From contig JAUCBJ010008130.1 in NCBI GenBank assembly GCA_032718475.1, positions 53,636 to 117,635 of the forward strand: a stretch of DNA of 64,000 nucleotides. The letters are read 5' to 3'. How positions within the stretch are numbered: the first letter of the stretch is position 1; each line of letters begins with the position of its first letter. Under the pieces are notes generated by a model, which saw only the letters and a list, made by a program, of their open reading frames with translations, was not told where the DNA came from and ran no database searches. Shown piece by piece: positions 11,240 through 24,053 of the stretch. Both the position numbers and the translations under genes were made by a program. The DNA is from Nemertoderma westbladi. Its lineage: Eukaryota; Animalia; Xenacoelomorpha.

Positions 11240-12750
11240 GACACTATGCAAAATCCGAGCACAGAGTTAGAAGCGCATTGGATAGGCGAACATTTCTTGC
11301 AGTGAAAGTATTTCCATACTTATTATAGTTTTCGAGATAGTCAGACATGAGTAGCAAAAATTTGAATTTTTTTGGTAAAGTCTGATTACACCGGTACCTG
11401 TCATCCGAAATATGGATTGTGATATATCGTTAGATGCGGGTCCAATAACTGTACATTCACATATTTTCAAGGAAAAAATTCGATCAAGGGTTTTCGAAAT
11501 ATTTTCGAATTACCGGAAGCAGACTTTGGACGACCATATCTCCGGTACCGGTAGGCCTATTAAGTCAAAAATTTTTTTAATCTACTTAGAACACTCCAGT
11601 GAATGTTTTTTAGTTTGAAAGTTTTGCCCCAAAATGCTCAGAAGTAATTTCGAAAACACTGATCATTTTGCGATCATGATCTTTTGACCCCCTAGAATTG
11701 AACTTTTTTATGGTCAAATTTTGGCTACCCCCCCTAATTCGAGGGTGAGGTATCTTTTTGTAATGTTAAGTTTTTTCATACGGTGAACTCACAGGACTTG
11801 GTCTTCGAAATAAAACCGAAAACATGATCTTTCCTGATCATGGCCTGATCAAATCGCTTTTTGAAAATTTTGAAATGCTCAAAAGTTGCCCCTTCTTAAT
11901 AGAAGTCGATTAGTAAAAAAAAAGTCGGGGGTCTCAAACAAAGTTTTCGAGAAAATCGGGAAAAACCGAAAAACACGATCTTTTATGATCAGGAAGCTGA
12001 TCTCGAGAACTGGTTGCCCGATCGAGCCAATTTTTTTTTTAATCAACTCAGAATAGACCATTGCACATTTCTTACAATGAATGTTTATTAGAAAAATGCT
12101 TAGATTCGATTTTAAATATACTGATCTTTTCGCGATCATGATCTTGAGTTTTGACCCACTAGACTTGAACTTTTTTATGCCCAAATTTTGGCTACCCCCC
12201 ATAATTCGAGGGTGAGGAATCTTTTTGTGTGCGAGCCAATTTTTTTGTTAATCGACTCAGGGCGGTGTTCTGAACGTTTCCTACAGTAATTGTTTATATC
12301 CAAAATGCTTAGTTACGATTTTACGAAGTCCGATCTTTGCGCGATCATGATCTTGCGTTTTAACCGGGAAGAATTCACTTTTTTTAAATCTTTTAACGGG
12401 AATCATGACTAATGTGGGGTCGCTGAATCTTTTTGTAATGTTAAGTTTTTCGATTGGAGCAAGCCTTGAGTGTCCGATTGCTGATCAAAACTGATCTTTG
12501 CTGATCATGGTCAAGATCATGATCTGACACCTCCAAAAAAAGCTCCTTGAATGTAAACCCATATGCTGCCTATCGATTGGCGCTGGTCCCAACTCCGTAG
12601 CATTAGCCGTTTTGGCTGTAGCTCCATAGCAACGTGGTTGCTAGGGAAGCGGACTTTTTGACTCAAATTGGCCCTAGCCGGAGAACCGTAGACTTTTTTA
12701 ACACATTATGTATGGCGAAAAGTCTTCTGGATAAATTTTGGGGGGGGGGG
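11240..12750. mobile_element. Non-autonomous DNA-transposon-like fragment with internal subrepeats
   Basis: Recurrent GATCATGATCTT; ~100-bp imperfect direct repeats at ~11670-11765 and ~12130-12230; no coding capacity; ends not resolved. Confidence 0.4.
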
Positions 12751-12899
12751 GGGTCTAGGAACATCCTATTGTTCGTTTTCGCTTAGTTGCTGAGATCCTC
12801 TCGTCCCACAAATCCCAGGATTCTATAAAGGCATTCTGCTGGACTAGTTCCGTGGCCGGAATAGTGTTCGGTGTTCTGCGAACAGAGAACCTAATCGGT

Positions 12900-14453
12900 T
12901 TAGGGCCCTGACCGTCTAGGCCCCTCCCCCATGCGATCTCCTTGTTTATACTCACATACTTTGGTATTATTCCCTGGCCAGATTGATGCATCCAAGAAAA
13001 GATTAAGATGTTCTTCTAGGATTGTTACTTTGGCACTTTTTGGTGATCCCCTGTTTCCAATTATCCACACATGGATAGGTTCAATCCCAGTTTGCCTATA
13101 ACAGAAATCAATGAGCTGGTTGCGGCTGCAGCTTCTTTCCAGACCAGATACATATATGTACCACAAGTTAATGCTAGATTTTTGAGAATGATCCTTGATT
13201 ATAATCCTTTTTGAGTCTGAATTATTCAACTCGAGAAGTTCTTTCAACATATTGTTCTGGTCTCTTAGTAGACTGGATACCTTTAACTCAATATCGAGGT
13301 CAGAGAACCTGTTTTCAGTTTTGATTTCATCAATTTTACTTTCAAAAGTACAGGTTTTTGATGATGCTGTTTTATGTGGTCTAGACCACGTATTCTCAGA
13401 GTCCAGTACAGTCGCCATAGAAGCAGGATAAGGTATTGATACTTGATGACTGAGATTGATTGGGACATTTTCATTGCATTTGCTGTCATGCCCACCAGTT
13501 TCAGTCTCTTTAAGCTCCTTTGTATCTATGGTGAGAATATCCGTGTCACTAGGAACATCTGTGGTGTGTCCAAGTCCAAGCTTCGCTAAACTTAGTTGCT
13601 TACGCTTTTTCTTACTTCTATACTTTGACAGTTTAGGAGATTGATTTTTCTTTAAGATAGGTTGTGACTGCTGCCGTTCATCAATGGTGGCCTGGTTGGT
13701 TGTATTTTCCACTCCCACTGTTGTTTCAGTATTTCTCGTCTTTACCACTTCCTCCAGATGCTTTAATTTAGTAGCAGTGGGGTCAGAGGTATGTTGAAGC
13801 AATTTAAGTTCTATTTGCATATTGACTACCTTTTCTATCAAATCAAGAATTCCCACAGTTTCCATATTTGAGATATTTACCCGCTTTCTTGTACTGGGTG
13901 TTATTGATTTTGATTCTGCCGCCAGTGAGAACTCCACAACATCCATGGCCAACTCATCAATTGAGCGTCTATGGATAGTCGAAACCTTTGTACCAATTTC
14001 AGACCCAAGGAATTTTTTTATGCTGCATAAAAGCGTTGATTGAAAATATTGCAACATATCAATTCCTAGTGTTGATAGTGCTTTTGCGCAGTCACTCTTT
14101 GGATTTTGCATAATTCTTAATCGCATAGCTGTGGAAATGAAGTCTTCAGTGCTCCTAACATCATGAAACTCTGCCGATAGGCTGCAGTCAAGAGGAGATT
14201 CTGGCCACTCAGTAGATAACAATGGCACTGAGCCAATTGTAGTGCTATCCCCTGCATCAGTATAAGCTTGTACTTTGTTCTTAGTTATTTTGCACATTTC
14301 AAGACATTCTCTTAGCCATTGTAGCAGTTGGGGGCTGTGATTATGGATAGGTAGAATATTGTTTAATCCCTCAGATAGTGCATGGGCATATAAACAAATA
14401 AAAGGGCTACAATCATGAGCATTAACCTGTTTTGCAAAACTTGATTTTGTATG
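12900..14453 (-). pseudogene. CR1/L2/Jockey-group LINE ORF1-like protein, N-terminally truncated, with a Ulp1/C48-like catalytic motif
   Basis: C-terminal IYVSGL..SAKVTI..IWPG ORF1 RRM-like signature and ENRFSDL motif; N-terminal KQVNAHDCSPFICLYA; first ~37 aa of the listed ORF come from an RTE tail. Confidence 0.55.
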
Positions 14454-14604
14454 ACTACTACTACTACTAGGATCGGCATGCTGCATTGCAGCTGCATTTT
14501 TAAGAATGCTGTGCCGGCTTATCGACAAAATTGCACCGCCACAACTCCCTATCACCCATGACATTTGCTAGATCATCCGCATCTTCAAGGCCAGTGTCCT
14601 TTAA
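14454..14604 (-). mobile_element. RTE-clade LINE 3' fragment with (TAG)n tail
   Basis: Reverse complement nearly identical to ~38118-38260 (…TTCTTAAAAATGCAGCTGCAATGCAGCATGCCGATCCTAGTAG). Confidence 0.85.
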
Positions 14605-14608
14605 TTAA

Positions 14609-15300
14609 GGGGGGGGGGGGGGGGGGGGGTAGCGCATTTTCTGACCAAAAAGACAAATTTTTGAAACATATCCTATCTGATGCAGAATTTCATGCTGAAT
14701 CCAAATATTGAAACCGTTTTCCGATATCTTACTTAGTTTTCGAGATATCTGGGATAGAAGATACTGGCTCCGATATATCGCGATATCGGTAAAGGCGATG
14801 AAGTGAGGGGTTTGCATTCAATTTCTGCGAATTTCTGTGCTCAGTGGTACCAATTGGATGTCTCCACGAGAAAGAGCACAAAATTTCAATTGAGAAGGTA
14901 TTTTTTTATGATTATTGGACCTACTGATCAGTTTATAAGACAACTTCAAGTCTCCGGAATGAAGACTGGACTCGAATAAGCGACTCTGCGGTCTTTGCGC
15001 GATTACACGGAATAGACTTATTGGTCATCGGAGATCTTCAAAATGTATAATCTCCAGTTCTAGTGGTCGTACGAAGTTCGTTTTAGGCTCATTCGAAAGC
15101 TCTTTTCTTAGAGAACAAAGTTACCATTTGATTTAAGACAACATGGTTGTAAAGCAACGAAAAATGAATTTGGGTAAAATATGCCTTGCAAATTTTGTTC
15201 AAGTTATGATTGCTCAGGGAGCTTTCAAGAGTTTGCTAAACGAAATGGTAACTTTGGTCTCTGAGAAAAGAGCTTTCGAATGAGCCCAAAACGAACTTCG
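14609..15300. mobile_element. Non-autonomous DNA-transposon fragment starting TTAA|GG (Kolobok-like end) with an internal ~60-bp inverted repeat
   Basis: TTAA then poly-G terminus; arms ~15072-15129 and 15243-15300 are reverse complements. Confidence 0.4.
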
Positions 15301-16340
15301 AACACAGGATTTTCTCAAAAGTTAACAGTAGGCTTAGGTTTCTATACAGAAATAAAAATAGTTTAAACACCGACTCCCACAAGTTACTTTGCTCTTCTTT
15401 AATACAGTGTCACATGGACTATGCATGCTCTTCTTGGTATAAAGGCTTAACCAAACAGCTTAAATGTAAATTACAAGTAGCTCAGAATAAAGTAGTACGA
15501 TTTATTAAAGACTACAAACCTAGGCACCATACCACCTATCTCCAGTTGACTTTTCTGAATCTGGACTACTTAACTTAGATAGTAGAGTTAAGCAGCTACG
15601 CCTTAATCATGTGCATACTGTGTATAATGGTAAATGTCCCAATTACCTAATACAAAAATTCAACAGAGTACGCGATACACACTCTTACAGTACCAGAGCT
15701 AGTGCTTCAAACTTCTACCTCCTGAATTGTAAATCCTTTGAATCTGATACTTTCTTTTTTAATGGTATTAAAAATTGGAACGCTCTGCCTAATGAAATTA
15801 AAAACCTAGATAATCAACATTCTTCTAAATCTGCTGTTAAATCTCACCTCCGCGTGCAATGTAAAATAGGTACAATAGTCCTACAGTAAGTTATTAGTTT
15901 ATTAATTATTTACTATTTATACTGTAATTACGTTTAATAATAAATTGTCGCGATACACACTCTTACAGTACCAGAGCTAGTGCTTCAAACTTCTACCTCC
16001 TGAATTGTAAATCCTTTGAATCTGATACTTTCTTTTTTAATGGTATTAAAAATTGGAACGCTCTGCCTAATGAAATTAAAAACCTAGATAATCAACATTC
16101 TTCTAAATCTGCTGTTAAATCTCACCTCCGCGTGCAATGTAAAATAGGTACAATAGTCCTACAGTAAGTTATTAGTTTATTAATTATTTACTATTTATAC
16201 TGTAATTACGTTTAATAATAAATTGTTCTGTACATTACATCATTCGTTTTAGGTTAGCATAGTGTAATATTGTATTTGTCACCAAGTAACTTAAAGGACC
16301 CCCTTGGAAATAATCTGCAAAGCTTTAGGGATAATCATAT
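15301..16340 (+). mobile_element. L2/Crack-type LINE 3' end (degenerate ORF2 C-terminus and 3' UTR)
   Basis: Translates to ..IQCHMDYACSSWY..KLQVAQNKVVRFI..CPNYL..HSYSTR..WNALP, typical of the L2/Crack/Daphne ORF2 tail. Confidence 0.8.
15671..16226 (+). repeat. 278-bp tandem duplication inside the L2/Crack fragment
   Basis: 15671-15948 repeated at 15949-16226. Confidence 0.92.
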
Positions 16341-16601
16341 ATGTTATGTTGGACAATACCTTTATACTGGTACATTGTTTGGTGTATTTGTTATCGTTTT
16401 TACATAATGTATTTATAAAAATCTATCAGTGCTTTCGAGTTTAACACAGAACTGGAAAGCTATGGACTCATAGTGGACCCAGTGGTCACAAGTCCCAGAT
16501 AGACCATATTCTGTTTCATAGGAAATACAGGATGTTGCTGCATTCATGAATTCTGCCTTTAAATTACTTATTTTACCAATTTTGGTCCAAAAGTACATTT
16601 T

Positions 16602-17760
16602 TGTGACATGATCATAGATCCCGACCCGGTTAGATTTGTACGCGTCACCGTTCTGCTGGGGCTGTTGTACTAAGTCGTTTTGGCTGAAGGCTGTCGGGGA
16701 AAATAATAGAGTTTGTGTTTCTCAATCTTAATGTTCCGAATGATGATAGCACAGAATCAGTATGTAATGAATATCACGATACAGAATGACAGCAGAAAAT
16801 ACACAGATATTAAATGGTGATGTTGGTGGCAGTGATGGTCATAAACTATGACTGGTCTGCAACTCTGTGATTAATGAACTGACCGGTAAATCAGTAATAC
16901 AGAATAATATATGATTGATACACACAGATATTGGTTTCACCTCTTACTCTACTTGGCCTTCTGTACCCAGTGGATGCTTTCCTATCTCTGTTCACGTGCT
17001 TCCCTCCCTGCTATTGGCTAAAATAATTACTAATTGTCACTTTGGCACTCCCTGTGAGTGTTTCCCCCCGCCGCTAGCCTCTACTAGCTGAGTTCTCCCT
17101 CTGAGGTGGTTTGACCTTTCACCTCTCTCTGTGGCTCTAGGGCTTGTGTCGCCCCCCCCCCCCCCAAAGTTGGTTATGAGGCTAGATTATTATTGGTAAT
17201 CTCGTATCCCCAACTATATTTGTAAAATGCTACTGGTCCTATTTTCGGGTGGATAATGTAATGGAATTGAATCCGCTCACAATTTTTTATTGATAAAAAA
17301 CCAGTTACGGTGTAATATTAATTATTCCTATTGAATTATTGGTAAGGGTTTTTACACCATCTAGTGCCATTATACCCATATTCGAATTGATAGGATGCCT
17401 TACTGAGATTCCTGACGTCTTATTGGCCCCTATTATTTGCCTTGAGTAAACCTGATATATAATCTCTGCTGGTTGATCATTGTATCCACTCAGAACATTA
17501 ACATATTGCAGAGGAGTTGCCTCCAATGCAGGGCCTTTGGATGCTGGGCAGATTACTGATGACCAGCGTTTATTACATGCCTTTATGTCTTAATGTTAAT
17601 GTCTTTGCCGTTAATGTCTGTGTCTTTGTGACATTATAATATTATTATTAATTGATATTCTGTCGTTAAACTCAATTTACTCTCTTTGTTTGTTTAATAT
17701 ATCCCCGATATTACGAAATCCAGGAAGTTTTACACTCGCCAGAAAAGGTGGGTCACTACA
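16602..17760 (-). mobile_element. Possible solo LTR
   Basis: TGTGAC...GTCACTACA termini and a CCAAT-like motif; no clean TSD. Confidence 0.25.
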
Positions 17761-19439
17761 ATTAAGTATCAGTGATAATCTGGACAATTGTATTAGATTC
17801 GTGTGTTGTCGTACCTCTGACTTACTAAATAATTAATATATGGCGATATCTCAGACCATTATTATAAGCAAAGCTCTTATTATTAATTATATCACGATTT
17901 AGAATTGTCACAAATTGATTATGGTTGAAATATCAATATATTTAGACATAAAGACAAGTTACAATACGTTTGCCCTAAAGTGAAACACAAACGCTAGACT
18001 TGAGTTCTTACAGAATTAATTAGTCAGTCATTTACTTGTTGTACTTTGTTGTCACACCCCCCCGGTATCATATCTCAGTTAAATACAATAGATAATCAAA
18101 TACCGTATCGAACTAAATAAGTTATAGAGCAAGTGCGATTAATCGATACAGTGAGCGGCCCTCCGTTAAAGGTACACTAGCACAACTCCGCCTATTGTAT
18201 CAGACCAGCGATTCAAGGTCCACAGTGCATGGAGTTTCTGCATAGTTGCAAAAGAGTCAAAATATACGAAATTGAGATTGAAAGAACATATTTTTTATTA
18301 AAGCGCTAACAGTAATAAACGCTGTTAAACGTTGAACCGTTTAACAGTAATATTTGACTCTCAACCCCCCTCGAGTCTTTTGATTTGCTTATTTATTCTA
18401 TTAATGTGCTTATTTTCTCTAATTTCGATCGGCCATCGTAATTGGTAGGAATTTGGTGCATAAATCTTTATCGATTTACATTATAGACCTGGCCCATTTA
18501 TTGTATTTTTTGGTAAGTATTCTGCAAGTATTTGATAAATTTATATACTGGTGTATAACCGGAGAGTGTAAAGGAGTACTTTATATATCGTTATTTATAA
18601 TTGATGTATTTGTTGTTTTTTGCTTTCATGTATTGGTGAGTTTTGAACATTAACTGATAGCGCCCTGTGTGTTTTACCGGTATCTGATTGATTGGCTTCA
18701 TAGTGTATTAAGTAAATGCTTAATTGTTTTGTAGGGCTCATTTTACCCCCTATCTTATTTCTATTTCCATTATTGGAACATATAAAGTTATTTATTTCCT
18801 TGTGGGAGGAAATATTACTTTATTCCCGACGAATTACCTTTCATACTTGGTTTTACGGAATTAAAGCGCAGAAGTACGACTGGCCCATCAATAATATCCA
18901 CAACATAGTCTCTGGATGAATCGTGGGGCACTTTCGTTTCTTCAACCAAGTATCGAACTGCTATTTATCGACATACCTTACGTACAGATTTACTAGTTCG
19001 AATTTTTCAGTCGATCGGAACCACTTTATGCGGTCTTAGCCCGTCAACAGTTCGTTATACCCTATACTCGGCGACATAACTAAGAGTCCTAGGTAGCGTA
19101 TGCGACAATCCCGGGGACGCATTCTACTAACTTTATCTATTGTTTTTATCTGTGCTATTAACTTTTGCACTAAGGTAGTGACAAGCCGACTTGAGGGCGT
19201 CGCAGTGATCCATTATATAAGGCGGGGTGTCGCAGGAGTTTTATCGCCCCAGTATGAATTAAGAAGGATGTTAAAAAGAGGTGTTAGGTCTATATATTTC
19301 TCCCCTTTGGGGTATCGTCAGGACCAAATTCAAAAATACAAAAACCAGAAAGAGCAGTACTACTTACTACATGCACTACAGTACCGGTACTGAGTATCCA
19401 ACCTAGGAGGGCTGGCAGACTGATCCTATAACAATATAA

Positions 19440-20140
19440 ATCCGGCATGGCCTAAGATACTGTATAAAGCCATCAATGATTATTTGAACCCTACAATTGC
19501 AAATGATTGGTTAATTATACACAATAAATTCATGAAACGAAACGTGAAATGCTACAGTATGGAGACATTACCTGTTCGTCGCAAATAGGTTGGAATTGTA
19601 GGTATCGAACTTATTGAACGCGGTCGCACAATTATAAAATAATCAGTACGAAGGCATCAGTAATTGTAGGGACGCGGTATTTCAAATATTGGATTAAATA
19701 TACACGTTAATTAAATTATTTATAAAATATCCTACAAAAATGTATGATTGGCCGGGAAACTCTACAGTAGGAAAGCACCGGTCGCAATGGAACCTTACGA
19801 TAGCGGATATTGGAATACTATATACGGTTATTCAATATAAACTAATCCTACGTAAATGCATGCGAAACGTAGAATGATAGGAATAGCAGATCTGAAATGG
19901 TTGTACTCGGTCATTCAACTATAAAGAAATGCAACATAAATGCATGTGAAACGTACAGTAGATTCAGAAAACAATGTGTGTCTGTACTTTGCAAATAGGT
20001 ATTGAGTAAATTAACGGGGTTGTTCAACTATAAAAATAAAAATAATCAGTACGAAGGCATTAGAAATTGTCTGAAACGCTACTATTTCAAATATAGGATT
20101 AAACATACACGGTAATTAAATTATTTAAATTATTTATAAA
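19440..20140. repeat. Degenerate tandem/minisatellite-like block
   Basis: AATCAGTACGAAGGCAT..ATTTCAAATAT.GGATTAAA at ~19641 and ~20044; recurring TTCAA(C)TATAAA subunits. Confidence 0.45.
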
Positions 20141-20682
20141 ACGTTACACCCTAATAATAATAAAACGTTACACGTTACACCCTCCACACTTCACTGGTTT
20201 ATCTAAACATTAGAGAATCTTTATAAACTACATTGAGAACAATGTCGCTCAACAGAACTGAGAAATTCAACTACCTATACCAACAGTTGAGAGGTCAACT
20301 AAAGGAACTGGTAAGTACTTTAATAGGTGATGACAATGACTTATGGCTTATGACAGGTTAGTTACTGTGTATTGTATGGTGGTAATGTAAAGATGGCCAT
20401 GTCAGTAATAGAGATAACTAATGCTCTTTAGTTAGCATTTTAAGAGTGAAGTGATTGCATTTGATCTCTTCAACCATCTAAATAAATTTGGATTCCTGAG
20501 GTCACCTTCAAAAAATAATGATAGACATATCTAACACTATTTATAGAGACTAGTCCTAGTAGGAATATAAAATTGATAGTAAATTGTGTCTGAGTGAAAT
20601 AGAACTAATTCATATTGATATTCTATTATGTATAATAATATTGTAATACTGTATACAATAATATCAAATTAAAGCAGTTAAA

Positions 20683-20945
20683 GCAGCAGCTTGGTCTAGT
20701 GGTGACAATACTTGGCTTCCGATTAGGGAGCCCTGGTTCGATCCATAGATGTGGCCGCACTGTTTGGGCACAATGCTATAAATCCTGCAGCCTAGCCCAA
20801 CCCCGGCTTTCATCCTTCAGTGGTCGAAAAATGGGAACCAAGCCAACTTGGGAAACTGAGTGGAAGGGTTTACTGTGGAAGATCACCCATGGTAGTGAAC
20901 AGGCATTCCTTGGCTTAAACGAGCCTAAAAGATTCTCCCATAGAT
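20683..20945 (+). mobile_element. tRNA-derived SINE with conserved central domain
   Basis: A box TGGTCTAGTGG (20692), B box GGTTCGATCC (20735), then CCAACCCCGGCTTTCATCCTTCAGTGGTCGAAAAATG, resembling the central domain of widespread metazoan SINE superfamilies. Confidence 0.75.
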
Positions 20946-21506
20946 ATATTTCAATAATATAAAATTAACATTCCACAAGTTTTCAATCTATTACATATAG
21001 TCATAGCCTATATGAAACTACAAATGAGTTTTTTAGAGGGTGCCTTTTTTTCCCTGTGGTGCTTTTTTTCCCTTTTCCACGGGGAAATAAAGGCACCCAA
21101 TTTCGTAAATTTAATAAACATATGAGTGCTTTCAGGCAAAAATTGTCTCAGAATATGAAAGAGCATATGATTTAACCTAGAACTAGCAAAAATTGATTGA
21201 GATAAAATAAATATGTAATAAATGAGGCAATGTTTCATAAAACTGCCTTTTTTCCCCCATCTTACTATATATACTCTATACCTCTCTCTATATTCTTTAT
21301 CTCTGGTCATTTACTATCCTAACAGTTCTCAAGCCAGGTTCCAGGTAAACGACTAACTAAGGAGATTTGAAACCAGAAGCTCAGATTTGAACCAGGAATT
21401 CAAATTTGTTGTCCAGTTGTCTCTTTTATTTGAAATAAAAAGTCGGTTCCTTATTGGGCCACTAGGCCCATCACTAGTAGTAGTAGTATAAAATAAACAA
21501 ACTAAC

Positions 21507-21905
21507 CTGCCATTGTGCAGACTATGTCACTGACAGTCTCACTGTAGATCACCTCAAAGATGGAACGGGTATCCCCAACCTGCAATTTCGATACGGGCAG
21601 TAACTCCTTGTCTTCAACAACAATTGTCTCGAGGCATTCAATAATGCTCTGACTGCACTTTGTATTGGTCCAGGTATCGAATGGATGTTGGATGCCTTCA
21701 CGATCGACAAAACACAGAGCGGCACTGCGGATCCTTTGGGATGAGATAGTTATGGTTTGGGTGCAGCGGGTCGCCATGTCTATGATAGCAAGCACTTCAT
21801 CTTCGCCCTGGTCATAACTCACATTTAGGTCGTAGCCACAGTTGGCTTCAGGTCCACCGGGTCCAACTACCTTGCTTACGAATGTCGCAGGAATAGTAAC
21901 TTCAT
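21507..21905 (-). CDS. Host-gene exon encoding a CASPR/neurexin-IV-type fibrinogen-like module
   Basis: 399-bp phase 1-1 exon (ttttattcctaaag| ... |gttagt); peptide SYDQ..LAIIDMATRCTQTI..KELLPVSKLQVGDT..IVC resembles CNTNAP Y..ISAITDSAEYCEQ..KDHLPVSQVVVGDT..LRC. Confidence 0.65.
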
Positions 21906-23044
21906 CTTTAGGAATAAAACAAATATATATATACAGTCCACTAAATACAAATTTAAGGACAATGAAGTCTCATTCACATACAGTCAGTTATTTTGTACAA
22001 TCAATCAAAAATAAACAGCAACATTGCCAATAAGAAAGATATGTGAATATGAGAATACAGAAAACCCTTTCGTGTCCCATCAAATCACTCATATACTGTA
22101 GGTCAGTGTTTATTTTGTTATTTCTTCCTTTTTTGTCCATTTTTTTTTAAGTTTAGATGCCCTGGTTCCGTTATCAGTTGTTCTGTGAATTCCCTGTAGC
22201 TCGTTTATTGACAGGATCTGATATGTAGGAGATATGTAAGTATTTATTTATATGACATGAGTAGTAGAGGAAGAGGGTCCCCCTGGTAAGTCCTCCCTAT
22301 GCTTCTCTATGGGATTTCCGCTCAGAGGGCTATTGAAAATGATCAATTTTGATACATTTACAACAACCATCTGCCACCCCCATTCATTCGCATTGCATCA
22401 ACCAATGATCGATATTCAACTACGCGTAGCCTAGCCTCACGATGCATGCCTAGCCCCTCGCTCCTGGTTACTCTCCGTTTCGCCTAGCTACCATGACGAC
22501 GACACGATGACGACGATGATCTAATGTATCCTATCATCATCTTTACGGTCAGTCACGGTCGTTGCCCTCTTCCACACTCACATATATTGCGCTATGCTAT
22601 GCTATGCCAACCATCATTACCAACCAGCGCCAGTGTGTGAGTGTGTTAAATTCCCGCTATGCGTACAGTACACGTAGTCGCATTACGCGGCGAAGTGAAT
22701 GCGTTTCCATGGTTACTCACCCTATCGCATCTGTGGCATACTGCGAGCTAACATCTCTATTATACTGTACGTTTTTTTATTATAATTATTGATTATTGTT
22801 ACACACAACCCAATAATTCTTATTTGTACACGTATTTCCTAACTGACCAACCAACCAACCAACAAACCGCATTTAGGCTATTTTCTTATTTCATGGTTTA
22901 AGACCTGTATTATATTGTAGGGTTTTATTTTTGAAAATATCCTATATATAATCTCTTGCTTTAATCACAATTAATCATTTATAATGAATGGTTTTAGTTT
23001 AAAAGTTTTCACTTTGTTTGATTTACAATAAAATAAATTAAATA

Positions 23045-23550
23045 ATGTCTTCCGATTCCGATATGGTTATGCCAATAGTAAGACATTCATTTTTTGCAGA
23101 AGATGGTGAGCCGTATATTATTATTGATTATACAATATACCGTCGGGGAGATGATGATAAATTTAAAATCGATTTTTCTGAAAAAGCGAGGAAAGTTTTA
23201 AGTACAATTGATATTGATGCTTCTGAAAATACCATTCATCTCTTAGATTACAACCTAAAAGATGATCATGCAGGAAAATTAATCAACATCTTACTATTAT
23301 CAATGATAGATGGGTTAATTGTTATTACACAATACAATGAGGCTGGTGAAAAGTTTGAAATACAGCTAAATCGGCATAATCCCTACGAAATTATGTCTTT
23401 CTTAAAAATGCAGCTGCAATGCAGCATGCCGATACTAGTAGTAGTAGTAGCATGTCTTTCTTTATTGTAATGATTTCAAAAGAATCCTTTGTCGAGACTG
23501 AAGAATCAACAGATAATGTTGAATTTGTTGATAATATCATTGATTCTTGA
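23045..23550 (+). pseudogene. AT-rich intronless orphan ORF disrupted by a 48-bp RTE tail
   Basis: Removing 23404-23462 restores an open frame ending ..FIVMISKESFVETEESTDNVEFVDNIIDS* at 23550. Confidence 0.5.
23404..23451 (+). mobile_element. Extremely 5'-truncated RTE copy
   Basis: AAAAATGCAGCTGCAATGCAGCATGCCGATACTAGTAGTAG.. flanked by the 11-bp TSD ATGTCTTTCTT (23393-23403, 23452-23462). Confidence 0.85.
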
Positions 23551-23746
23551 CTTTTTTCATTATATTATAAATATTTTATGATTATTTTTAAAATGTTGAT
23601 TTTCTTAACTATGAAAAAAAAAATCAAATTTTAAATAATCGAAAATTGTAGTATTTGTATATACAGTATATCAGATATGTTTGATGTGTATTGCGGTAAT
23701 TATAGAGTACCTTTTATTATTTTCAATTTACTTTAAGATTTGGAAA

Positions 23747-24031
23747 ATGGGTATTTTAAACGAAAAATGTTCGGTTTGCTATTCTAAATTATTGCAACAT
23801 CGAGATAATTATAAAGGTGAAAATAAACATGGAACTTGCGTGAGATGTATTGTACAATATTCTGAAATGAATAATTATTGTTCTAAAATTTGTCCTATTT
23901 GTCGCGTACCCATATCTAAGTTAAATATGAAGTTGGCGAGATACGAACACTATTATTGGAAAGAGCTACGAAATATAACTTATATTTCCGCGCAAAGTAA
24001 TGATCCTGGAGATTTATTAGCAAGTAGTTAG
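23747..24031 (+). CDS. Small RING-finger-like protein (94 aa)
   Basis: CSVC..KHGTCVRC..CPICR; C3HC4-like but the third Cys is missing; intronless and AT-rich. Confidence 0.55.
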   Translation: MGILNEKCSVCYSKLLQHRDNYKGENKHGTCVRCIVQYSEMNNYCSKICPICRVPISKLNMKLARYEHYYWKELRNITYISAQSNDPGDLLASS

Positions 24032-24053
24032 ACTTGATTACTGTAAGAATGGT

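Noticed and set aside
16413-16556. Possible second host exon (AEFMNAATSCISYE...)
   Set aside because: No convincing donor site or recognisable domain
18050-19234. TGTCACACCCC...GGGGTGTCGCA as a Gypsy solo LTR
   Set aside because: Termini are suggestive, but there is no TSD and no second copy in the window
21038-21098. 22-bp-arm hairpin as a terminator or ncRNA
   Set aside because: Eukaryotic context; more likely a small MITE remnant, with no further support
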